Of a DNA stretch of 64,000 nt, positions 23,475-36,398 are shown piece by piece; the first letter of the stretch is position 1; each line of letters starts with the position of its first letter. This DNA is from Gammaproteobacteria bacterium (lineage in GTDB: Bacteria > Pseudomonadota > Gammaproteobacteria > SURF-13): contig JAUXUQ010000012.1 of assembly GCA_030680605.1 (NCBI GenBank), forward strand, positions 22,339 through 86,338, given 5' to 3'. Position numbers and translations under genes: made by a program. A model generated the notes under the pieces. It saw only the letters and a program-made list of their open reading frames with translations. It had not been told where the DNA came from and searched no databases.

Positions 23475-25442
23475 GTGAATAATAAAAACCTCGAATCCAC
23501 CCTGCACGAACTGCGGCAGTTTGCGCCGCCGCCCGCATTCTCTGCCCACGCACGCATTCCCAGCATGCAGGCGCTGCAAACCCTGCATCAGCAAGCTGCG
23601 CAGGATCATGAACAATTCTGGGCCGGGCTGGCGCGCAGTGAAATCAGCTGGCAAAAACCCTTCACCCACATCCTCGACAACAGCACACCACCGCATTACC
23701 GCTGGTTTGACGACGGTCGGCTCAATGTCTCCTATAACTGTCTGGATAAACATCTCAAGAACAAGGCGCAAAAAACCGCCATCCTGTTTGAAGGCGAGCA
23801 AGGCGATATCCGCCGCCTGAGTTACGCCGAACTGCACCGCGACGTCTGCTGTCTCGCCAATGCGCTCAAGGCCAAAGGCATCGAAAAAGGCGACCGCGTG
23901 GTCATCTACATGCCCATGGTGCCCGAGGCCGTCGTCGCCATGCAGGCCTGCGCCCGCATCGGCGCCATCCACTCCGTGGTGTTCGGCGGTTTCTCCTCCC
24001 AATCCCTGAAGGACCGCATCGAAGACGCGGGCGCAAAGCTGCTCATCACCGCCGACGGTGGCACCCGTGGCGGCAAGATCATCGAGCTCAAGGCCGCCGC
24101 CGATCAGGCGCTGGCCAACGGCTGCGCCAGCATTGAAACCGTCATCGTGTTAAAGCGCAGCGGGCAGGAGATCGCCATGCAGCCGGGGCGCGACGTGTGG
24201 TGGGATGATGCCACCGCCAACGTGGCCGACCAGTGCGACCCGGTGTGGGTGGAGAGCGAGCACCCGCTGTTTCTGCTCTACACCTCCGGCTCCACCGGCA
24301 AACCCAAAGGCATTCAGCATTCCAGCGCCGGTTATCTGCTCGGCGCCACCGTCACCATGCAATGGGTGTTCGACATCCGCGACGACGACGTCTTCTGGTG
24401 CACCGCCGATGTCGGCTGGGTCACCGGCCACACTTACGTCGCCTACGGCCCGCTGGCGACTGGCGCCACCATGTTCATGTACGAAGGCGCGCCAACCATC
24501 CCCGACGCGGGCCGCTTCTGGGACATCTGCCAACGCCACGGCGTCACCATTTTTTACACCGCACCCACCGCGATCCGCGGCCTGATGAAGCTGGGCGACG
24601 AGCTACCCGCCAAATATGATTTATCCAAACTGCGTCTGCTCGGCACGGTGGGCGAGCCCATCAACCCCGAGGCATGGATGTGGTATCACCAGCACATCGG
24701 CCATGAGCGCTGCCCCATCACCGACACCTGGTGGCAAACCGAAACCGGCGCGCACATGATCGCGCCCATTCCTGGCGCCGTGCCCACCAAACCCGGCTCC
24801 TGCACCCTGCCGCTGCCCGGCATCGCGATGGACATCGTCGACGAAGAAGGCAACAGCATCAGCGCCGCCCATCAGGGTGGCTATCTCGTCATCACCAAAC
24901 CGTGGCCGTTCATGCTGCGCGGCATCTGGGGTGATGAACAGCGCTACCTCGACACCTACTGGAAGAAATTCAACAACAAGTACTACGTCGCGGGCGACAC
25001 CGCGCACAAAGACGAAGACGGCTACTTCTGGATCATGGGCCGCGCCGACGACGTGCTCAAGGTCTCCGGCCACCGCCTCGGCACCATGGAAATCGAATCG
25101 GCGCTGGTCGCCCACCCGCGCGTCGCCGAAGCCGCCGTGGTCGGCCGACCTGATGACATCAAAGGCGAAGGCGTGTTTGCCTATGTGGTGTTAAAAGGCG
25201 CCCGCCCGGCAGGTGGCATAGACGAAGCCCTCACCAAGGAACTGCGCGCCTGGGTCACGGAACAGATCGGCCCCATCGCCCGCCCCGACGACATCCGCTA
25301 CGCCGACAACCTGCCCAAGACCCGCTCCGGAAAAATCATGCGCCGCCTGCTGCGCTCCATCGCCGCCGGCGAAGCCATCACGCAGGACACCTCGACGCTG
25401 GAAAATGAAGGTATATTGTTGCAGTTGCAGGGGAAGGCGTAG
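23475..25442 (+). CDS. acs: Acetyl-coenzyme A synthetase
   Basis: 655 aa. AMP-binding motif [11 protein letters not shown]. Full-length Acs similarity. Confidence 0.95.
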   Translation: MNNKNLESTLHELRQFAPPPAFSAHARIPSMQALQTLHQQAAQDHEQFWAGLARSEISWQKPFTHILDNSTPPHYRWFDDGRLNVSYNCLDKHLKNKAQKTAILFEGEQGDIRRLSYAELHRDVCCLANALKAKGIEKGDRVVIYMPMVPEAVVAMQACARIGAIHSVVFGGFSSQSLKDRIEDAGAKLLITADGGTRGGKIIELKAAADQALANGCASIETVIVLKRSGQEIAMQPGRDVWWDDATANVADQCDPVWVESEHPLFLLYTSGSTGKPKGIQHSSAGYLLGATVTMQWVFDIRDDDVFWCTADVGWVTGHTYVAYGPLATGATMFMYEGAPTIPDAGRFWDICQRHGVTIFYTAPTAIRGLMKLGDELPAKYDLSKLRLLGTVGEPINPEAWMWYHQHIGHERCPITDTWWQTETGAHMIAPIPGAVPTKPGSCTLPLPGIAMDIVDEEGNSISAAHQGGYLVITKPWPFMLRGIWGDEQRYLDTYWKKFNNKYYVAGDTAHKDEDGYFWIMGRADDVLKVSGHRLGTMEIESALVAHPRVAEAAVVGRPDDIKGEGVFAYVVLKGARPAGGIDEALTKELRAWVTEQIGPIARPDDIRYADNLPKTRSGKIMRRLLRSIAAGEAITQDTSTLENEGILLQLQGKA

Positions 25443-25524
25443 TGATCGATGCAATTAATCACGTCATTTATGACGGCTATTTCTAGCCAGATATCCACCC
25501 AGACCCGCAGCTCATCACACTCAC

Positions 25525-26217
25525 ATGTCATCGTCACCCCAGCCACACGAGCTCTATCTTCAGCAAATGGTCGAAACCAAGCGCCGACTCCGTGCCGTTG
25601 ATCGAATTCTCGGCGCTAAGAAGCCGCTCACGCGGAACGAAGAAGTCGACAACGAGTGTGCGTTTCTCCAAGTTCGGAGAATCATCGAACTCATCACCTT
25701 CTCCGCTATAGTGTCCGACGAGCAGCGCTATCAACGGTCTCGCAAGCTAGACGCTGAAAAAAATCCGAGAGACAAGGGCGACTACACCCTTGACTGGAAT
25801 GCCGCAGACATTCTCGTCCGCCTCTCCAAGATCAGTCCTCACTTTTTACCCCGCCCTCTTGGTCCAATGACAGCGCAACCAGACGGAACCAAGCACTTCA
25901 GCGAAGCCGCAGCTAAGCTCACGCACGACCGACTGATCGGTATCTACCAGACCGCCGGTGGATTTGCTCACACGCCCAACCCGTACAAGCCGAACGGAGC
26001 GGAGCTGGAAAGGAAGAAGAGAGAAACGGCACGAATAGTTCTGAAAAAAGAGCTTGCCTACCTGAAGTCAGTCATATGGGAGCACGCAAAGATTGGGCTC
26101 GCCTGGAAACCTGGTGCTGATCCGACACAACCCGAAGACAGCGAGACTGCCTGGCTGATTTGGTTCGGAAACAAAGACACCGATCACGTTCGCATGTCGC
26201 TGGCAACCGCCATATGA
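25525..26217 (+). CDS. Hypothetical protein, lower-GC orphan gene
   Basis: 230-aa ORF with visibly lower GC (about 54 percent) than flanks. No motif I can assign. Confidence 0.5.
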   Translation: MSSSPQPHELYLQQMVETKRRLRAVDRILGAKKPLTRNEEVDNECAFLQVRRIIELITFSAIVSDEQRYQRSRKLDAEKNPRDKGDYTLDWNAADILVRLSKISPHFLPRPLGPMTAQPDGTKHFSEAAAKLTHDRLIGIYQTAGGFAHTPNPYKPNGAELERKKRETARIVLKKELAYLKSVIWEHAKIGLAWKPGADPTQPEDSETAWLIWFGNKDTDHVRMSLATAI

Positions 26218-26290
26218 GCACGGTAGATCGTAATAGCGCAGCGCATTGGCCGCATATAGCATTAGACGTACATTCAATAGGAGACAACAC

Positions 26291-26725
26291 ATGCTTCATC
26301 GGACAACATTCCTCTGGCTAACCGCAGCATGGCTGCTGATATGCACGCCACTGGCATACGCGGAAAAAATACAGCCCATCGCCAATGAAGAACAGGGCGT
26401 TTTGTTGTCGCCCGGCATGGCGGAGCTGATGGAAGAGGCGAACACCGGTGATGCCGACGCCGCCAGAATCGTGGGCGTGCAATATGAAATGGGCCTCAGC
26501 GTGGTGCAGAACTATGACAAGGCGCTGGAGTGGTATCTCAAGGCGGTGGAACTGGGAGACGTCGAGGCCTTGTACCATATTGGTCTCATGCACGAAGGCG
26601 GCGCGGGGCGCCCCAGAGACAACACCGAAGCGCTGCGCTGGTACAAAAAGGCGGCAGCCAAGGGCCACAGCGGCGCGCAGACGCGCATCAAGATCATCAA
26701 CGAATCCACGGCACCCTCTCCCTAA
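26291..26725 (+). CDS. Secreted Sel1-like repeat protein
   Basis: Signal peptide MLHRTTFLWLTAAWLLICTPLAYA. Sel1 repeats (AARIVGVQYEMG..., ALYHIGLMHEGGAG..., ALRWYKKAAAKGH). Confidence 0.7.
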   Translation: MLHRTTFLWLTAAWLLICTPLAYAEKIQPIANEEQGVLLSPGMAELMEEANTGDADAARIVGVQYEMGLSVVQNYDKALEWYLKAVELGDVEALYHIGLMHEGGAGRPRDNTEALRWYKKAAAKGHSGAQTRIKIINESTAPSP

Positions 26726-26755
26726 ACACCACGTCTTTGCTTGTAGAATGCACCG

Positions 26756-27775
26756 ATGATGAATGATCGGCGCAATTTTGCGGCGGGCGGTTTCAAGCCG
26801 GCCTGGTGGTTACGCAACGCCCATCTGCAGACACTGTGGGCCAGCGTGCTGCGACGCGCACCCCGGCCCGCGCTACGACGCGAACGCCTGGAATTGCCGG
26901 ACGGTGATTTTCTTGACCTCGACTGGACGACTGGTACGTCCGGGCCAATAGTGATTCTTCTGCACGGCCTGCAAGGCTCCAGCAACTCCAATTATGCACG
27001 CGGCCTGTTACAGGCCTTGCACCGGCGCGGCTGGCGCGCCGTGCTGATGCACTTTCGCGGTTGCAGTGGCGAACCAAACCGGCTGGCGCGCTTTTACCAT
27101 GCAGGCGATACGGGCGACTTCACTACGCTGGTCAATCTGTTGCGCGCCCGCGAACCGGAAACCCCGCTGGCTGCTATCGGCTGTTCGCTGGGCGGCAATG
27201 TGCTCCTGAAGTGGCTGGGTGAACAAGGCAGTCAGGCACCGCTGGTTTGTGCGGCGGCGGTGTCGGTGCCGTTTGATCTCGCACGTTCGGTTGACCACAT
27301 CAACCAGGGTTGGTCATGCATCTACCAGTATTGGCTGACACGCTGTTTGCGCATTGCGGCACACCGAAAATTCAGCCGCCTGCCCTCGCCATTGGGCACC
27401 AACCTTGGAAAGCTGCATACGCTGCGCGCCTATGACAGTGCAGTGACCGCGCCGTTACACGGCTTTGCCAGTGTGGAGGCGTATTACGCGCAATCGAGCT
27501 GCCACCCCTATCTCACGCATATCCGCATACCCACACTGCTGGCACAGGCGCAGGACGACCCCTTTCTGCCCGCAACGGCTCTCCCCACGTCGGACGCACT
27601 CTCCGCCAGCATCTGCCTTGAGTTGCACCGCCACGGTGGACACATAGGCTTTATCAGCGGTACTCTGCCTTGGGCGCTGAACTACTGGCTGGAGCAGCGC
27701 ATCCCTGACTATATCGCCGCTGCCCTCGCAACGACCGCAGCGGACAACCACAGGCGGACGACAGCAGGCGTATAA
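26756..27775 (+). CDS. Alpha/beta hydrolase, YheT-type
   Basis: 339 aa. HGLQGSSNSNY..., GCSLGGN nucleophile elbow. Confidence 0.75.
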   Translation: MMNDRRNFAAGGFKPAWWLRNAHLQTLWASVLRRAPRPALRRERLELPDGDFLDLDWTTGTSGPIVILLHGLQGSSNSNYARGLLQALHRRGWRAVLMHFRGCSGEPNRLARFYHAGDTGDFTTLVNLLRAREPETPLAAIGCSLGGNVLLKWLGEQGSQAPLVCAAAVSVPFDLARSVDHINQGWSCIYQYWLTRCLRIAAHRKFSRLPSPLGTNLGKLHTLRAYDSAVTAPLHGFASVEAYYAQSSCHPYLTHIRIPTLLAQAQDDPFLPATALPTSDALSASICLELHRHGGHIGFISGTLPWALNYWLEQRIPDYIAAALATTAADNHRRTTAGV

Positions 27776-27778
27776 CTC

Positions 27779-28411
27779 ATGGATATCGACGGCATACTGC
27801 TCGCCAAACTGTTTGTCTCGCTCATCGTGGTGCTTGCGCCGGTCGATGTCATCCCGCTGTACTTGTCACTCACCCATGAGCTGGATGCGCAACAGCGGCG
27901 GCGCGTGCTGCGGCGCATGATCATTACCGTGGTGATCACGCTGCTGGCCTTCCAGTACACGGGCATGTACCTGTTCAACTTCATCGGCATCAGCCTGCCG
28001 AGTTTTCAGGTGGCCGGTGGCCTGATTCTCGCCTCCATGGCGTGGTCGATGCTGCACGCCCTGCCCTCGCGCATTCAGAGCACGCAGGCAGGGGGGGCGG
28101 ACGCCACCCCGCGCGAGGATGTTTCCGTGGTGCCGCTCGGCATCCCGATGCTTGCCGGGCCCGGCACCATTACCACGGTGATCCTCTATGCCCAGCAACA
28201 GCACGGAAGTATCTCGGGCCACCTGCAGTTGAGCGGCGTCATTCTGCTCACGGCGGCGGCGCTCTATGCCTTGTTCAGCCTGGCACGACCCCTGTTCAAC
28301 GCGCTCGGCCCCACCGGCGTGCGCATCACCACCCGCCTCATGGGCATGCTGCTGCTCGCGGTGGCCATGGAATTTATTCTGCGCGGGGTGACTGCGGTAC
28401 TTGCCCGCTAG
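27779..28411 (+). CDS. MarC-family integral membrane protein (UPF0056)
   Basis: 210 aa, six TM segments, MarC family similarity. Confidence 0.8.
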   Translation: MDIDGILLAKLFVSLIVVLAPVDVIPLYLSLTHELDAQQRRRVLRRMIITVVITLLAFQYTGMYLFNFIGISLPSFQVAGGLILASMAWSMLHALPSRIQSTQAGGADATPREDVSVVPLGIPMLAGPGTITTVILYAQQQHGSISGHLQLSGVILLTAAALYALFSLARPLFNALGPTGVRITTRLMGMLLLAVAMEFILRGVTAVLAR

Positions 28412-29250
28412 GGCGATGACAGGCGGGCGCCAACCTCTTCAACCTTGACCAGCACCCGATGCTGCTCATTGCGCAGCGCGCGCGTCGACGCGACAATTTC
28501 GCTCGCGCTCGAACCCTGCTCCTGTACCGCACCACCGATGTCTATCCACTCGCCCAGCTTGCCCGAGACAGTGGTATGCATCTGCGCGATATCAATGCTG
28601 CCGCCGCCTTGCGCCGAGGGCGTGGCACGTTGCGGAGCAATCTCCAGTGTGACCACGTCGCCGCTCACGCGCGGCAGCACGCTAAAACCTGTGGTCACAT
28701 CCTTGTAGGTGATGCTGCTGTACAACCGCGGGTCTATGCCACTGCCCTCGACGCTGCGCTCGACTACCGGGACAGACTGGCCGATTTCAATAAAGGCGGG
28801 GTTGCCTTCGAGCACCTGTATCTGCTGCGTGTTTTTGTCGTGCACCAGGCTGTCACTGTGAATGATACGAACCTCGGCGCCATCACGCGGTGCCGGTGCA
28901 CGGTGGGTGCTGATGCGCACATCGCCACTTTTTATACTGCCACGCAGTGATGCCTCGCTGTCGGCCTGATCGCTGCGGCCATCCTGCCTGACCGTGATCA
29001 GCAGGCGGCGTTGGGCGACATCGAGGGTCTTCAGCATTTGCCTGATCTGCGCCAGATTCTCCGGCGTGGTGCGCACGATCAACTGATTGTTATGGCCGCT
29101 CAGCGCGCCGTCCTTGTCGATGAACGGCTTGACCAGCGCGACGGCCTGCTCCGCCGTGAGGTGTCGAAGCGGTATAATCTCCAGCGTCGGCTCGGCAGCC
29201 AACACCGGTTGCATCAGCACACACAGGATAATGAATCGGATAATCGTCAT
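28408..29250 (-). CDS. Miniature secretin-like protein (signal peptide, one secretin-N domain, compact secretin C-domain-like region)
   Basis: ORF 28408..29310, start refined to MTIIRFIILCVLMQPVLAA. Secretin_N-like LEIIPLRHLTAEQAVALVKPF...NQLIVRTTPENLAQIRQMLKTLD. C-terminal region resembles the secretin pore domain (QVLEGNPAFIEIGQSVPVV, YKDVTTGFSVLPRVSGDVVTLEIAPQ, TTVSGKLGEWIDIGG). Confidence 0.55.
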   Translation of the reverse strand: MTIIRFIILCVLMQPVLAAEPTLEIIPLRHLTAEQAVALVKPFIDKDGALSGHNNQLIVRTTPENLAQIRQMLKTLDVAQRRLLITVRQDGRSDQADSEASLRGSIKSGDVRISTHRAPAPRDGAEVRIIHSDSLVHDKNTQQIQVLEGNPAFIEIGQSVPVVERSVEGSGIDPRLYSSITYKDVTTGFSVLPRVSGDVVTLEIAPQRATPSAQGGGSIDIAQMHTTVSGKLGEWIDIGGAVQEQGSSASEIVASTRALRNEQHRVLVKVEEVGARLSSP

Positions 29251-29251
29251 A

Positions 29252-29791
29252 TCAGATGTACAGCCTGCGTAATTCGGGATCGGACTCGCTTCTGTCCCAC
29301 ATCTCGTCAAAAATTTTCACCATCGCCACGGCCTCCAATGGGGCATTGAAATTCACTACGCCATCGTAACGCTCACTTGTCTTGCGGTGCAGCAGCCCCA
29401 GCTTATCCACCACGAGAAAGTCCTCGTTCAAGGCCTGATGCTCACGTCCCGGTTTGCGCATCTGCATGGTACTGCTCAACTGCTGCGCAAGCTGCACCAG
29501 ACGGTGACCACTTTTGATAATGCCTTCGGTATTCTGCACCAGAATGCGAATCCGGGAGTAGCGGCTGCGGGTGGCAAGCCCGCGCACAGCCGTTATAAAT
29601 GCGGTGGTGTCATACACCGTGTGGTCGAGATCACGGCTGAAGATATGCAAACAGCGCTTGCCCTGCCGGACCAGTGAAGTGGCTGCCATGCGGTTGTCGG
29701 CGCGGGTGGCAATCTGCACCGGTTCGGAATCCTTGCCGAGCTGCATGTGTTCCAGGGTGTATTCTCCCGTCATCACGCCAACCTCAGTCAT
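29252..29791 (-). CDS. Hypothetical cytoplasmic protein, translationally coupled between purB and the secretin-like gene
   Basis: 179-aa ORF. Start 9 nt after the purB stop. Its stop is 1 nt before the downstream gene start. Confidence 0.5.
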   Translation of the reverse strand: MTEVGVMTGEYTLEHMQLGKDSEPVQIATRADNRMAATSLVRQGKRCLHIFSRDLDHTVYDTTAFITAVRGLATRSRYSRIRILVQNTEGIIKSGHRLVQLAQQLSSTMQMRKPGREHQALNEDFLVVDKLGLLHRKTSERYDGVVNFNAPLEAVAMVKIFDEMWDRSESDPELRRLYI

Positions 29792-29800
29792 CCAGCGTAG

Positions 29801-31195
<1,395 letters not shown>

Positions 31196-31213
31196 TTAAT
31201 CATAGCCTTTCCT

Positions 31214-31843
31214 ATGACCAAGACGGCCCGCACATTGAAAAAACTGCTCACGGAGGTACGCGCCTGCCGCGCCTGCGAGCTGCACCTGCCGCTGGGACCG
31301 AAGCCGGTCATCCGCGCCAGCCACACCGCACGGTTATTGATTGTGGGTCAGGCCCCGGGCACACGGGTGCACGCCAGCGGGCTGTCATGGAACGACCCCA
31401 GCGGCGACCGGCTGCGTGACTGGATGGCGATAGACCGGGATATCTTTTACGACGAGGCCCGCATTGCCATCCTGCCGATGGGATTCTGCTACCCGGGCAA
31501 AGGCGCGCGTGGCGACCTGCCACCCCGCGCGGAGTGTGCTGCGCTTTGGCGCGCCCCGCTGCACGCCGCGCTGCCGCAGATCGAGTTCACGCTGCTGATT
31601 GGCCAGTATGCGCAACGCTATTATCTGGGCAAGCGCAAGAAGGCCACACTGGCCGACACGGTGCATGCCTGGCGTGAGTATCTGCCGCACTACCTCCCGC
31701 TGCCTCACCCCAGCCCGCGCAATATTCTCTGGTTCAGACGCAACCCGTGGTTTGAGCGCGAGGTCGTACCTGCACTGCGCGCACAGGTGCGGGCTCGGCT
31801 TTTCCCCGGTACGGCTGTATCGGCACGTGCGCGAAAGCAGTAA
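31214..31843 (+). CDS. Uracil-DNA glycosylase superfamily protein (family 4-like)
   Basis: Starts MTKTARTLKK. CRAC motif and LLIVGQAPG motif. Embedded in a long artefactual ORF (29909..31843). Confidence 0.75.
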   Translation: MTKTARTLKKLLTEVRACRACELHLPLGPKPVIRASHTARLLIVGQAPGTRVHASGLSWNDPSGDRLRDWMAIDRDIFYDEARIAILPMGFCYPGKGARGDLPPRAECAALWRAPLHAALPQIEFTLLIGQYAQRYYLGKRKKATLADTVHAWREYLPHYLPLPHPSPRNILWFRRNPWFEREVVPALRAQVRARLFPGTAVSARARKQ

Positions 31844-31852
31844 AATAATGGT

Positions 31853-34438
31853 TTGCATCAAGCAATACACAGGAACCCCTACGTGCTGAAAAATTACCGC
31901 CTTCATGTCGCCGAGCGCACCGCGCTCAATCTGCCGCCGCTCCCGCTCAACGCCCGACAGGTCGCGGAACTGGTCGAGCTGCTCAAATCGCCGCCCGCTG
32001 CTGAAGGCGAATTGCTGGTTGAGCTGCTGACGCAGCGCGTGCCGCCGGGTGTAGATCAGGCGGCCTATGTGAAGGCAGGGTTTCTCGCCGCGCTGGCGAA
32101 GGGTGAGGCAAGCTGCCCACTGATCGACCGCACGCAGGCCACAAAATTACTCGGCACCATGCTGGGCGGCTACAACATCCACCCGCTCATTGATCTGCTG
32201 GATGACAAGACGCTGGGCCCTGTCGCGGCAGAGGCGTTGGGGCAGACACTGCTGATTTTCGACGCCCACCACGATGTCGCCACCAAGGCCGAACACAATC
32301 CTCAGGCCAGGCGGGTGTTGCAGGCGTGGGCGGATGCCATCTGGTTTGCCCGACGCACGCCGCTGGCCGATGAAATCACTGTTACCGTTTTCAAGGTGCC
32401 GGGCGAGACCAACACCGATGACCTCTCGCCCGCGGCCGAGGCCTGGAGCCGCCCCGACATCCCGCTGCATGCCCGCAGCATGCTCAGCAGCAAAATGCCG
32501 GATGCACTGGAGACCATCGCCACGCTGAAAAAAAAGGGCCACCCGCTGGCCTATGTCGGCGACGTGGTCGGCACCGGTTCATCGCGCAAGTCCGCCATCA
32601 ACTCCGTGCTCTGGCACATGGGCCACGATATTCCCTGCGTACCGAACAAGCGTCAGGGCGGCGTGATTCTGGGCGGCAAGATCGCGCCCATCTTCTTCAA
32701 CACCGCCGAAGACTCCGGCGCATTGCCGATTGAATGCGATGTCGACGCACTCGACACCGGCGATGTCATCAAGATTTATCCGCGCGCCGGGCGCATCACC
32801 GACGAGCACGGCAAAGAGCTGGCGCGCTTTGAGTTGACGCCTGCCACCCTGCCCGACGAAGTACAGGCCGGCGGACGCATACCGCTCATCATCGGCCGCG
32901 CCCTCACTGACAAAACCCGGGAGCTGCTGGGCTTAAAGCCTTCCGCTGCCTTCATCCGCCCGCAGGCCGAAAAAGACAGCGGCAAGGGTTACACCCTGGC
33001 GCAGAAAATCGTTGGCCGCGCCTGTGGCGTGACGGGCATACGCCCCGGCACCTATTGTGAAGCGCGCATGACCACCGTCGGCTCGCAGGACACCACCGGC
33101 GCCATGACCCGTGACGAACTGAAGGAACTCGCCTGTCTGGGATTCTCCGCCGAACTGGTGATGCAGAGCTTTTGCCACACCGCGGCCTACCCGAAACCGG
33201 TGGACATCGAACTGCAGCACGACCTGCCCGACTTCATCCGCACCCGTGGCGGCGTGGTGCTGCGCCCCGGCGACGGCATCATCCACTCGTGGCTGAACCG
33301 CATGCTGCTGCCCGACACCGTCGGCACCGGCGGTGATTCGCACACCCGCTTCCCCATCGGCATCAGCTTTCCGGCCGGCTCCGGCCTGGTCGCCTTCGCC
33401 GCTGCGCTCGGCGTCATGCCCATCAATATGCCGGAGTCGGTGCTGGTGCGCTTCAAGGGCAAGATGCAGCCCGGCATTACCCTGCGCGATCTGGTGAATG
33501 CCGTGCCGTACGTCGCGCTGGAACAGGGCCTGCTCACGCTCGACAAGAAGGGCAAGAAAAACATCTTCTCCGGGCGCGTGATGGAAATCGAGGGCCTGCC
33601 CGATCTCAAGGTGGAACAGGCGTTTGAATTTGCCGACGCCTCGGCGGAGCGCTCCGCCAACGGCTGCACCGTGCGCCTCAACAAGGAACCGGTGATCGAA
33701 TACCTCTCCTCCAACGTCACCCTGCTGAAGTGGATGATTGCCAGCGGCTACGAAGACCGGCGCACGCTGGAGCGGCGCATTCAGGCCATGGAAGCCTGGC
33801 TCGCCAAGCCCGAGATGCTGGAAGCGGACAAGGACGCCGACTATGCCGCCGTGATCGACATCGACATGAACACCATCACCGAGCCGCTGCTGGCCTGCCC
33901 TAACGACCCGGACAACATCAAGCCGCTGTCAGCCGTGGCCGGTGACCCGGTGCATGAAGTCTTTATCGGCTCGTGCATGACCAACATCGGCCACTACCGC
34001 GCGGCGGGCAAGATTCTGGAAGACGGCGGCGAAGTGCCGGTGCGGCTGTGGGTGGTGCCACCCACGCGCATGGACGCCCACCAACTCACCGAAGAAGGCT
34101 ACTACGCCACCTTTGGCCGTGCCGGTGCGCGCACTGAAGTACCGGGCTGCTCGCTGTGCATGGGCAATCAGGCACGAGTCAAGGACGGCGCAACGGTGAT
34201 GTCCACCTCCACCCGCAACTTCCCCAACCGCATGGGCAAAGAGGCCAACGTCTACCTGGGCTCGGCGGAACTCTCCGCCGTCACCGCCAAGCTCGGACAC
34301 ATCCCGACCATGGAAGAATACATGACCTACACCCAGCGTATCGCGCCGCTGTCAGACAATATTTACCGCTACCTCAATTTCCATGAGATGGCGGAATATG
34401 CGGCGGTGGCGGGGAAAGAGGTGGCGGCTGGGACGTAA
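31853..34438 (+). CDS. acnB: Aconitate hydratase B (bifunctional aconitase / 2-methylisocitrate dehydratase)
   Basis: Near-collinear with E. coli AcnB over the full length. True start may be GTG at 31883 ([14 protein letters not shown]). Confidence 0.95.
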   Translation: MHQAIHRNPYVLKNYRLHVAERTALNLPPLPLNARQVAELVELLKSPPAAEGELLVELLTQRVPPGVDQAAYVKAGFLAALAKGEASCPLIDRTQATKLLGTMLGGYNIHPLIDLLDDKTLGPVAAEALGQTLLIFDAHHDVATKAEHNPQARRVLQAWADAIWFARRTPLADEITVTVFKVPGETNTDDLSPAAEAWSRPDIPLHARSMLSSKMPDALETIATLKKKGHPLAYVGDVVGTGSSRKSAINSVLWHMGHDIPCVPNKRQGGVILGGKIAPIFFNTAEDSGALPIECDVDALDTGDVIKIYPRAGRITDEHGKELARFELTPATLPDEVQAGGRIPLIIGRALTDKTRELLGLKPSAAFIRPQAEKDSGKGYTLAQKIVGRACGVTGIRPGTYCEARMTTVGSQDTTGAMTRDELKELACLGFSAELVMQSFCHTAAYPKPVDIELQHDLPDFIRTRGGVVLRPGDGIIHSWLNRMLLPDTVGTGGDSHTRFPIGISFPAGSGLVAFAAALGVMPINMPESVLVRFKGKMQPGITLRDLVNAVPYVALEQGLLTLDKKGKKNIFSGRVMEIEGLPDLKVEQAFEFADASAERSANGCTVRLNKEPVIEYLSSNVTLLKWMIASGYEDRRTLERRIQAMEAWLAKPEMLEADKDADYAAVIDIDMNTITEPLLACPNDPDNIKPLSAVAGDPVHEVFIGSCMTNIGHYRAAGKILEDGGEVPVRLWVVPPTRMDAHQLTEEGYYATFGRAGARTEVPGCSLCMGNQARVKDGATVMSTSTRNFPNRMGKEANVYLGSAELSAVTAKLGHIPTMEEYMTYTQRIAPLSDNIYRYLNFHEMAEYAAVAGKEVAAGT

Positions 34439-34445
34439 TCATAGT

Positions 34446-34471
34446 GTCGGATCCGCTACGCTTGATCCGAC
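34446..34471. repeat. REP-like palindromic element GTCGGATCCGCTACGCTTGATCCGAC (copy 1)
   Basis: 8-bp stem GTCGGATC/GATCCGAC. Near-identical copy at 62033..62058. Confidence 0.6.
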
Positions 34472-34507
34472 CTACTGCGATCATGTCTATCCAGGGAAGC
34501 TCTGAAT

Positions 34508-34647
34508 AAGTCCGTCATGGACTTCTCAGAGCACGAAAAGCAAAAACGTGGTTTTTGCTTTTCTCCATGCTTCAAACACTTGCGTGCTTGAAACAGGGCG
34601 GTGCATCCCTGCACCGCAGGAACCTCTGACTTAATCAGAGGTTCCCT
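34508..34647. terminator. Cluster of four further perfect hairpins in the convergent acnB / hflD intergenic region (probable bidirectional terminators)
   Basis: AAGTCCGTCATGGACTT; GAAAAGCAAAAACGTGGTTTTTGCTTTTC; GCGGTGCATCCCTGCACCGC; AGGAACCTCTGACTTAATCAGAGGTTCCCT. Confidence 0.5.
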
Positions 34648-34662
34648 AGTGTTAACCCAACA

Positions 34663-35304
34663 TCAGTTGGGTGGATTTTCTTCCCGCGACTGCAACAGCG
34701 CCGTTACCTCGCGTGCCATGGCGCCACGTCCAAACACCAACTGCCAGCGTCTGCCGCCGACCTGGTGCCACAGCCACGCCGAGCGGATGGCGGCGAGCAG
34801 CAGCGCGCGCACCTTGTTGGCGGTTTCCGGGTTGGACAGATAGCCCTCTTCGCCCTGCACGATGATGCGGGGCGCGAGGGTGCTGATGGTATCGCTGTAG
34901 ATGGCCGCCAGTTGCGCGATGACTTCCGGATGGGTAATCGCCATCGTCTCGCGCTTTTGCTGCGTGGCCTCAATCGCCACGCCGATACCGCTCAGCATTT
35001 CCGGCTGCCTGGCCAGTTGCCGCTCCAGATGCATCACGCTGACCACATAGCGTGCGAGCTCGAGATCACGCGGCACCGCACCCTTGTCGAGTTGCTCCTG
35101 CAAGGTGCGCAGCCCGAGCCGCAGCGCCTGCGTGCCGCCATACACCGCCGCCGTAGTGTCGGCATTGACGTTGACGATGCTGACCAGACAGGCTTCCAGC
35201 GCCTCATTATCGACCATGTTTTTGCGCGCTGCCTGCTGCACCAGACGGCAGGCCTGAAAAATGCCGGCCAACGCCAGCACACGGTCTTTATAGGTAAATA
35301 TCAT
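34663..35304 (-). CDS. hflD: High-frequency lysogenization protein HflD
   Basis: Start refined to [18 protein letters not shown]. Conserved partner of mnmA. Confidence 0.8.
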   Translation of the reverse strand: MIFTYKDRVLALAGIFQACRLVQQAARKNMVDNEALEACLVSIVNVNADTTAAVYGGTQALRLGLRTLQEQLDKGAVPRDLELARYVVSVMHLERQLARQPEMLSGIGVAIEATQQKRETMAITHPEVIAQLAAIYSDTISTLAPRIIVQGEEGYLSNPETANKVRALLLAAIRSAWLWHQVGGRRWQLVFGRGAMAREVTALLQSREENPPN

Positions 35305-36398
35305 GCCACGCCCTCTTTCCAAATAGACTCTATCACGCCACCGCCCAGACAGTCTTCACCCTGATAAAACACCACCGACTGGCCGGGCGTGACCGCGCGT
35401 TGCGGCGCGTCAAACCGTACTTCACATGTACCATTTTCTGTGTGCGCAAGCGTACAGGGCTGATCCGCCTGCCGGTAACGGGTCTTGGCCATGCACGAAA
35501 GCGGCGTGGGTGGCGCACTGCCCGCCACCCAGCAGAGATCCTGCGCGGTCAGGCCCTGACTGTACAGCAGGGGATGGTCATGACCCTGCGTCACGATCAG
35601 CGTGTTGCTGGCCATGTCCTTGCTCACCACGTACCACGCCTCGCCGCTCATGGCCTGCTGCCCGCCGATGCCCAGACCCTGCCGCTGCCCCAGCGTGTAA
35701 TACATGAGGCCATCGTGTTTGCCGAGCAGATCGCCATCTGCGCTGCGTATCTCACCCGGCTGGGCGGGCAGATAGCGCGAGAGAAAGTTTTTGAAGTTGC
35801 GCTCGCCGATAAAGCAGATGCCGGTGCTGTCTTTCTTGGCGGCATTCACAAACCCCTGCTCGGCGGCAATGGCGCGCACCTCGGGCTTGGTCAACTCGCC
35901 GAGCGGAAACAGGGTGGCCGCCAACTGCTTCTGGCCCAGGGCATGTAAAAAATAACTCTGGTCCTTGTTGAGGTCGCAGGCCTTCAGTAAATGACTCTGG
36001 CCCCCGCGCCGGACGACACGCGCATAGTGGCCGGTGGCGATCATCTCCGCACCGAGTGCCAGCGCATGCTCGAGAAAACTCTTGAACTTGATCTCCTTGT
36101 TGCACAGCACATCGGGGTTGGGTGTGCGGCCGACGCGGTATTCCTCCAGAAAATAGCTGAACACGCGCTCCCAGTACTCGCCTGCGAAGTTTGCGGCATG
36201 CAGGGGGATGTCGAGCTTGGCGCACACCTCTTTCGCATCCTGAAAATCCTCTGCGGCGCTGCACTGTCCCTCGCTGTCATCGCCCTCCCAGTTTTTCATG
36301 AACAAGCCGTGCACTTCATAGCCCTGCTGCAACAACAGCCATGCGGCGACGGAGGAGTCTACGCCGCCTGAGATACCCACCATAACGCGCTTACTCAT
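35301..36398 (-). CDS. mnmA: tRNA-specific 2-thiouridylase
   Basis: 365 aa. PP-loop SGGVDSSV. Full-length MnmA similarity. Confidence 0.95.
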   Translation of the reverse strand: MSKRVMVGISGGVDSSVAAWLLLQQGYEVHGLFMKNWEGDDSEGQCSAAEDFQDAKEVCAKLDIPLHAANFAGEYWERVFSYFLEEYRVGRTPNPDVLCNKEIKFKSFLEHALALGAEMIATGHYARVVRRGGQSHLLKACDLNKDQSYFLHALGQKQLAATLFPLGELTKPEVRAIAAEQGFVNAAKKDSTGICFIGERNFKNFLSRYLPAQPGEIRSADGDLLGKHDGLMYYTLGQRQGLGIGGQQAMSGEAWYVVSKDMASNTLIVTQGHDHPLLYSQGLTAQDLCWVAGSAPPTPLSCMAKTRYRQADQPCTLAHTENGTCEVRFDAPQRAVTPGQSVVFYQGEDCLGGGVIESIWKEGVA

